A stretch of 64,000 nucleotides of DNA from Protoeuglena noctilucae. Taxonomy: Eukaryota. Where the stretch lies: NCBI GenBank assembly GCA_958009085.1, contig OY253670.1, positions 1,426,001 through 1,490,000 on the forward strand, in the 5' to 3' direction. Of this stretch, positions 60,076 through 64,000 are shown piece after piece. The notes beneath the pieces are model-generated. The model was not told the DNA's origin, did no database searches, and saw only the letters and a list, made by a program, of their open reading frames with translations. The translations under genes and the position numbers were made by a program. The number at the start of each line of letters is the position of its first letter. Position 1 is the stretch's first letter.

Positions 60076-63000
60076 TCACAATCGGTCGAACAGGGGCAGG
60101 GCATCCGACGCGCGCCCCGCCGCCTCCGACCCCGACTGCGCCAGGGCTGCCACGAGCGACGCCAGCTCCACGAACCCGCCCCGGGCACGCAGCAGCCGGT
60201 CCCGCCGCTCCTCGCCTGCGAGCGCGACTCGTGTGTGCCCTTTGCTCTCATTACAACCGAACCTCAACAGCTGCGGGCCCATGGGCTGGCAGGGGACGGA
60301 TGCAGAGAGACAAGACAACGTCGATGCATGCATGAGTATCGCCCGTCCCCTTAGCGGCCGCGCACCGGAGAGGTCGACGCCGGCGGCCAGGGGTGAGGCG
60401 TGGACGGCGCGCATGTGGTCGCCCAGTGGGGAGGCCAGGACAGCCATGGAGAAGTCGAGGGCTATGTTGGCGAAGCGGACGTGGGGACTGCGGAGCAAGC
60501 CCTGCGAGGGAGGGGCGGGTGGAGAGGAGTGGAGTGAGCAGCGTCGATCGACAGAGAGGCCTTGGTGACAGGCGAGGGCCCTGCGTGCAACGGCACCTGC
60601 AGCAGGGGGATGGCCTCCAGCACCACGTCCAGCGATATGGCGCTCTTCCGCGCACCGGCCATCACGCTGAGGAGGTCCGCACCCACCGACAAGTCCCCCG
60701 CTCGCTGCGAGTGCGAGGGCCAATGAGAGGTGACAAGCACGGCGCCGATGCGTTGCACGTGGAACAAAAGCTCAGGCGCGACTTCGTAAAGCCCTCCAGC
60801 GGCCACCTGGCGCCCTGCCCAGCACTCGCATCCCCACCCTCACCCGCGCCGCCTGCACGGCCCCCCGCGCGTCCCCGCGCTGCCAAAAGCCCCGCACCAC
60901 CTCCAGGTGCCCCAGGCGCGACGCCAGGATGCTCTTGACGGTCGCGTGCTTGTCCATCAGCGCCCGCAGCGAGGCCTTCAGCTCCTCGCTCGCACTTCGG
61001 GGGCCTGACCCAGGCATCCCAGGGTTCCAGGGCTCGCCCAGCCCTGCACCGTCCCCTACAGGGACCCCCGCAGCTGCCCCGCCGCGGACCAAGTCATCCA
61101 CTCCGTCCCACAGCCCCGCGCCCTGCGGCATTGCCCCCCGGGGAAGCGCTGGCCCGCCCTGCACCCCCATCCCAGGGTAGCGCACCTCTACCGTGGGGCT
61201 GCGGGGGCCACTAAGCGAGCGGCGGGGGCGGGCAGGCGGCGGGGACGCGCTCAGGTCGTGCGCGGGCGCGGCTGCAACTGCACTGCCGCCACGGCTGAGA
61301 TGGGACGAGGGGTCTGCGTAACCTGCAGACAAGGGGTGGCGCTGCAATGACATGCGGGGCGAGCAAAGGCACGCCACGATACCATCAACAATGCCTGCCG
61401 TTGCCAAACTCCTTGCCTGCGCTCCCCGCCAATCCCGCCGCCCTCCGCCCCGCACTCGGCGCACGCGGCCGGGACCCCGAAATCGACCGGGGCACCAGTC
61501 CCAGGTCATCGTCCCCTGCGCCTGGGCCACCAGCCGCGGTTCCCGGGTCCCCGGGGGGCCGGAAGGCCTCCTCGCCCAGGGGCCAGGGGCCGTGTGCCCC
61601 ATCATGTGACGTGGCAGGCCCCTGCGCCTGTCCCTGCACCGCCGCGTCCCCCGCCCGCCCCTCCATCCACTTGCGCCCGTCCCTGCCCCGCGGCCCGGCC
61701 GAGGCCGCCTCCGCCGCCAAACGCGCGAGCACCGGCCCCGCGCTCCCATTCGCCATCAGGGAGTCCCCCGGAGCGCCAATCCCCACAGACACCATCTCCA
61801 CTGCGGACCGGGCCACTTGACTCTGGGTCACCTCCGCCCTCTCCCCACCCCTTCGGTTCCCCCCCACTTCGTCCACGACCCCGGCCCCCGTCGTCCGGGG
61901 TCGGTCCGTTGCCCCTTCGTCCCCACGACCAGCCCCCACGCCCCCACCGAGCCCCCAGCCCCCATCTCCCCGCCCGCCGCCGTCCGCCCCAACCTCGCCA
62001 CGCGGCCCCGGCAACGGCGCAGACAGGCGAGGGCCGATCCGCGTGGCCGCCACCCCTGCCATCACCTGCCCTAGCTCCCCGCCCTCCCCATCCGCGACGT
62101 CCCCCGCCCGGCCCGGCCCCGACCGTCGCCCGGCCACCGCCCCGCCCGCGCGCCCCTCTGGCGGTGTGGTCGTGCGGACCGACGACGTCCTCCCCGAACC
62201 CTCCCGGGAAGCGAGGCCCTCTGCCCCGCCCTCCGCGGCGCGGGACGCGGGCCGGGATCCTTGACTCTGGCTGCGGCTCGTACGCCGGTCCTCCGCGGCC
62301 CCCAGGTCCGCTGCTGCCGCGTCGATGTCAGAGTCCCGTGACGGTGGCGCATAGCCCGCGTACCCTCGCGCAGACAGCTGCCGTCCCCAAGGTCGATGTC
62401 CGCTCTCTCGTAGGTGAGAAGCATGTGCCGGCGCCTCCGGCCGCGTGTGGGGCTGCGGGTGAGCGAGAGGCCATGTAGGAGGGTTGCAGCATGCGGGTGG
62501 CTGCCCACGTCGCCCCGTGGTCACTCGGCATTCCACCGCACCTGCGCCGCTCTCGTCTGCGGGGCCACCCCAGGCATCACGTAAAAGGACTCGGAGGGCA
62601 TCGACTCCCCCGGGGGTCCCACCTCGGCCTGGCCACGGCCGCTGGGGAGGGCGCCAGGGTGGCCCGACGGTGCAGGGGCAGCGGCGAGCTTCGGAGTGCC
62701 CGCGTGGTCCCTTCCTGACGGGCCCGCACCGCCGTGTGCGCTGAGTGGCCCCGCGCCCTGCGCCCGTTGCGGCCGCCCCGGCGACCCCGCACTGGCGTCC
62801 CCCGCTCCTGGCGCAAAGCCCCCGAGCCCAGCCACGTCCAAGGCCCAGAGCCCCACGGAGCCGTGGCGCGCGGCGCATGCGATGACGCGGCTGTTGCGCA
62901 GGACCATGTCACGCACGTTGCCCCACGGAGCGTCCACAATGCCCAGCTGCGTGGAGGGCTCCCAAGCCCACGAGCGGCACCCCTCGGACGTGGCGCCGAG

Positions 63001-64000
63001 CACAGCGTCGCCTGGAGGGACGAGAGGGCAGATGCGTGGGAGCGCCAACGTCAGGGCGCTGTGAGGGGAAAAGCACGCTCCCCGCTGGCTCACCGTCCGG
63101 AGAGAAGACGAGCGCGCGCACGGGGAGCGTGTCCGGCCCGCAGACGTCCACCGGCCCTGCGTGCGGCGACTCCGGGTCGACGTCCCACAGGCGCACCGTG
63201 CGGTCTTGGCTGCCCGACGCGAGGAGGATGTCTGCGCGGGAGGGACCGTCGAGCGTATACATGCGGAGTCGATGCACACGTGGCTTCCCTCCAACCGCAG
63301 ATCCATGCACCGGGGCGCGCGGCGCGGGGGCACCTGTCGGATGGAACTCCAGGGCATGGACTGCCCCGCGGTGCGCAGTGAACTCGCGCCAGAGGCGTCC
63401 CGCGGTGAGATCCCATACGTGGATCGCTCCCGAGTCGGAGCCGGTGGCCACCCAGCGCCCGTCGGGGGAGAAGCGGACCTGGTTGATGGCACCCGCGTGC
63501 GCTTTGTACGTGTGGATGCATCCCCTGCGCCGGAGGTCCCACAACTTCACCTGCGTGTCTTGGGAACCCGACGCGACGAACTCCCTGGAAGCGAGGGGCG
63601 GAGAAGCGTCTGACGACGGCGAAGGAGGCGAGAGTGGCGCCGGGTATCGTCGGCAAGGCTACAGCGGTCACCCGAAGGGATGGAAGTCAATGGCGCAGCA
63701 CGAGGTGCGATGACCCGTCAGCGTGCGCACGGCGCGCGCCTCCTCCAGATCCCAGAGCTTCACGGTCCCGCCCTGGGACCCGGCCACGACGACCTCCTCG
63801 GCGCGGTCCAAGGTCACGCATTCCACGCGGCTCTGGTGTCCCTGAAGGGACAGCAGTGGCTGTGGCTTGCCGATAAGCCACACGTTGACCTGGGAGGAAG
63901 GGGACGGCGGGGCAAGGTGTGGTTGAGTGGCCCAGTGGGACGCCTCTCTGTGATGGGACGACCCGGCGGGACTGGACTCGCTGCCACATGTGAAGGATGA
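60076..64000 (-). CDS. KATNB1: Katanin p80 WD40 subunit B1; 5' end outside the window
   Basis: WD40 repeats (IGKPQPLLSLQGH, VRTLTGHR...DFHPFG, WDLRRRGCIHTYK, RFSPDGRWVA, LEFHP), a low-complexity linker, and a con80 domain (ILASRL..L.VVRGFW, SPL.AGVDL..EERR). Confidence 0.92.

Noticed and set aside
1..64000. Alternative genetic code (TAA/TAG read as Gln, as in some ulvophytes)
   Set aside because: TAA, TAG and TGA all end conserved genes, and apparent internal stops fall inside inferred introns.
1..64000. CRISPR arrays, tRNA/rRNA genes, prokaryotic operons or viral insertions
   Set aside because: No repeat-spacer arrays, cloverleafs or rRNA motifs were seen. The window is accounted for by spliced eukaryotic genes.

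Overview
This is GC-rich, intron-containing, gene-dense eukaryotic nuclear DNA in the standard genetic code. A flagellated green alga is the most likely source: it has plastid-type CPP1 and DUF4079 genes and a flagellar DRC10/IQCD gene. The species cannot be identified from the sequence. I assembled 22 protein-coding genes by hand from splice sites and reading phase. In order: a partial myristoylated protein, CPP1-like, CLP1, Ac45/Voa1-like, a small orphan, ClpX, VPS13B-like, PGM-like phosphatase, MINDY4-like, RRP12, TRIC-like channel, a second small orphan, a vWA protein, GTE/BET bromodomain, TIME FOR COFFEE-like, DUF4079, TPR-methyltransferase, GGR-family flavoprotein, CAF-1 p60, DRC10, GET4 and katanin p80. 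There is also one probable 5'-truncated poly(A) retroelement. Most long ORFs in the supplied track are antisense or off-frame artefacts of high GC. The strongest signals concern RNA processing. About 1 in 6 inferred introns has a GC donor (mostly AG|GCRAG). TTGAA recurs just downstream of many stop codons and just upstream of the genomic poly(A) tract, which suggests a non-canonical poly(A) signal. All exon structures are manual inferences without transcript data.
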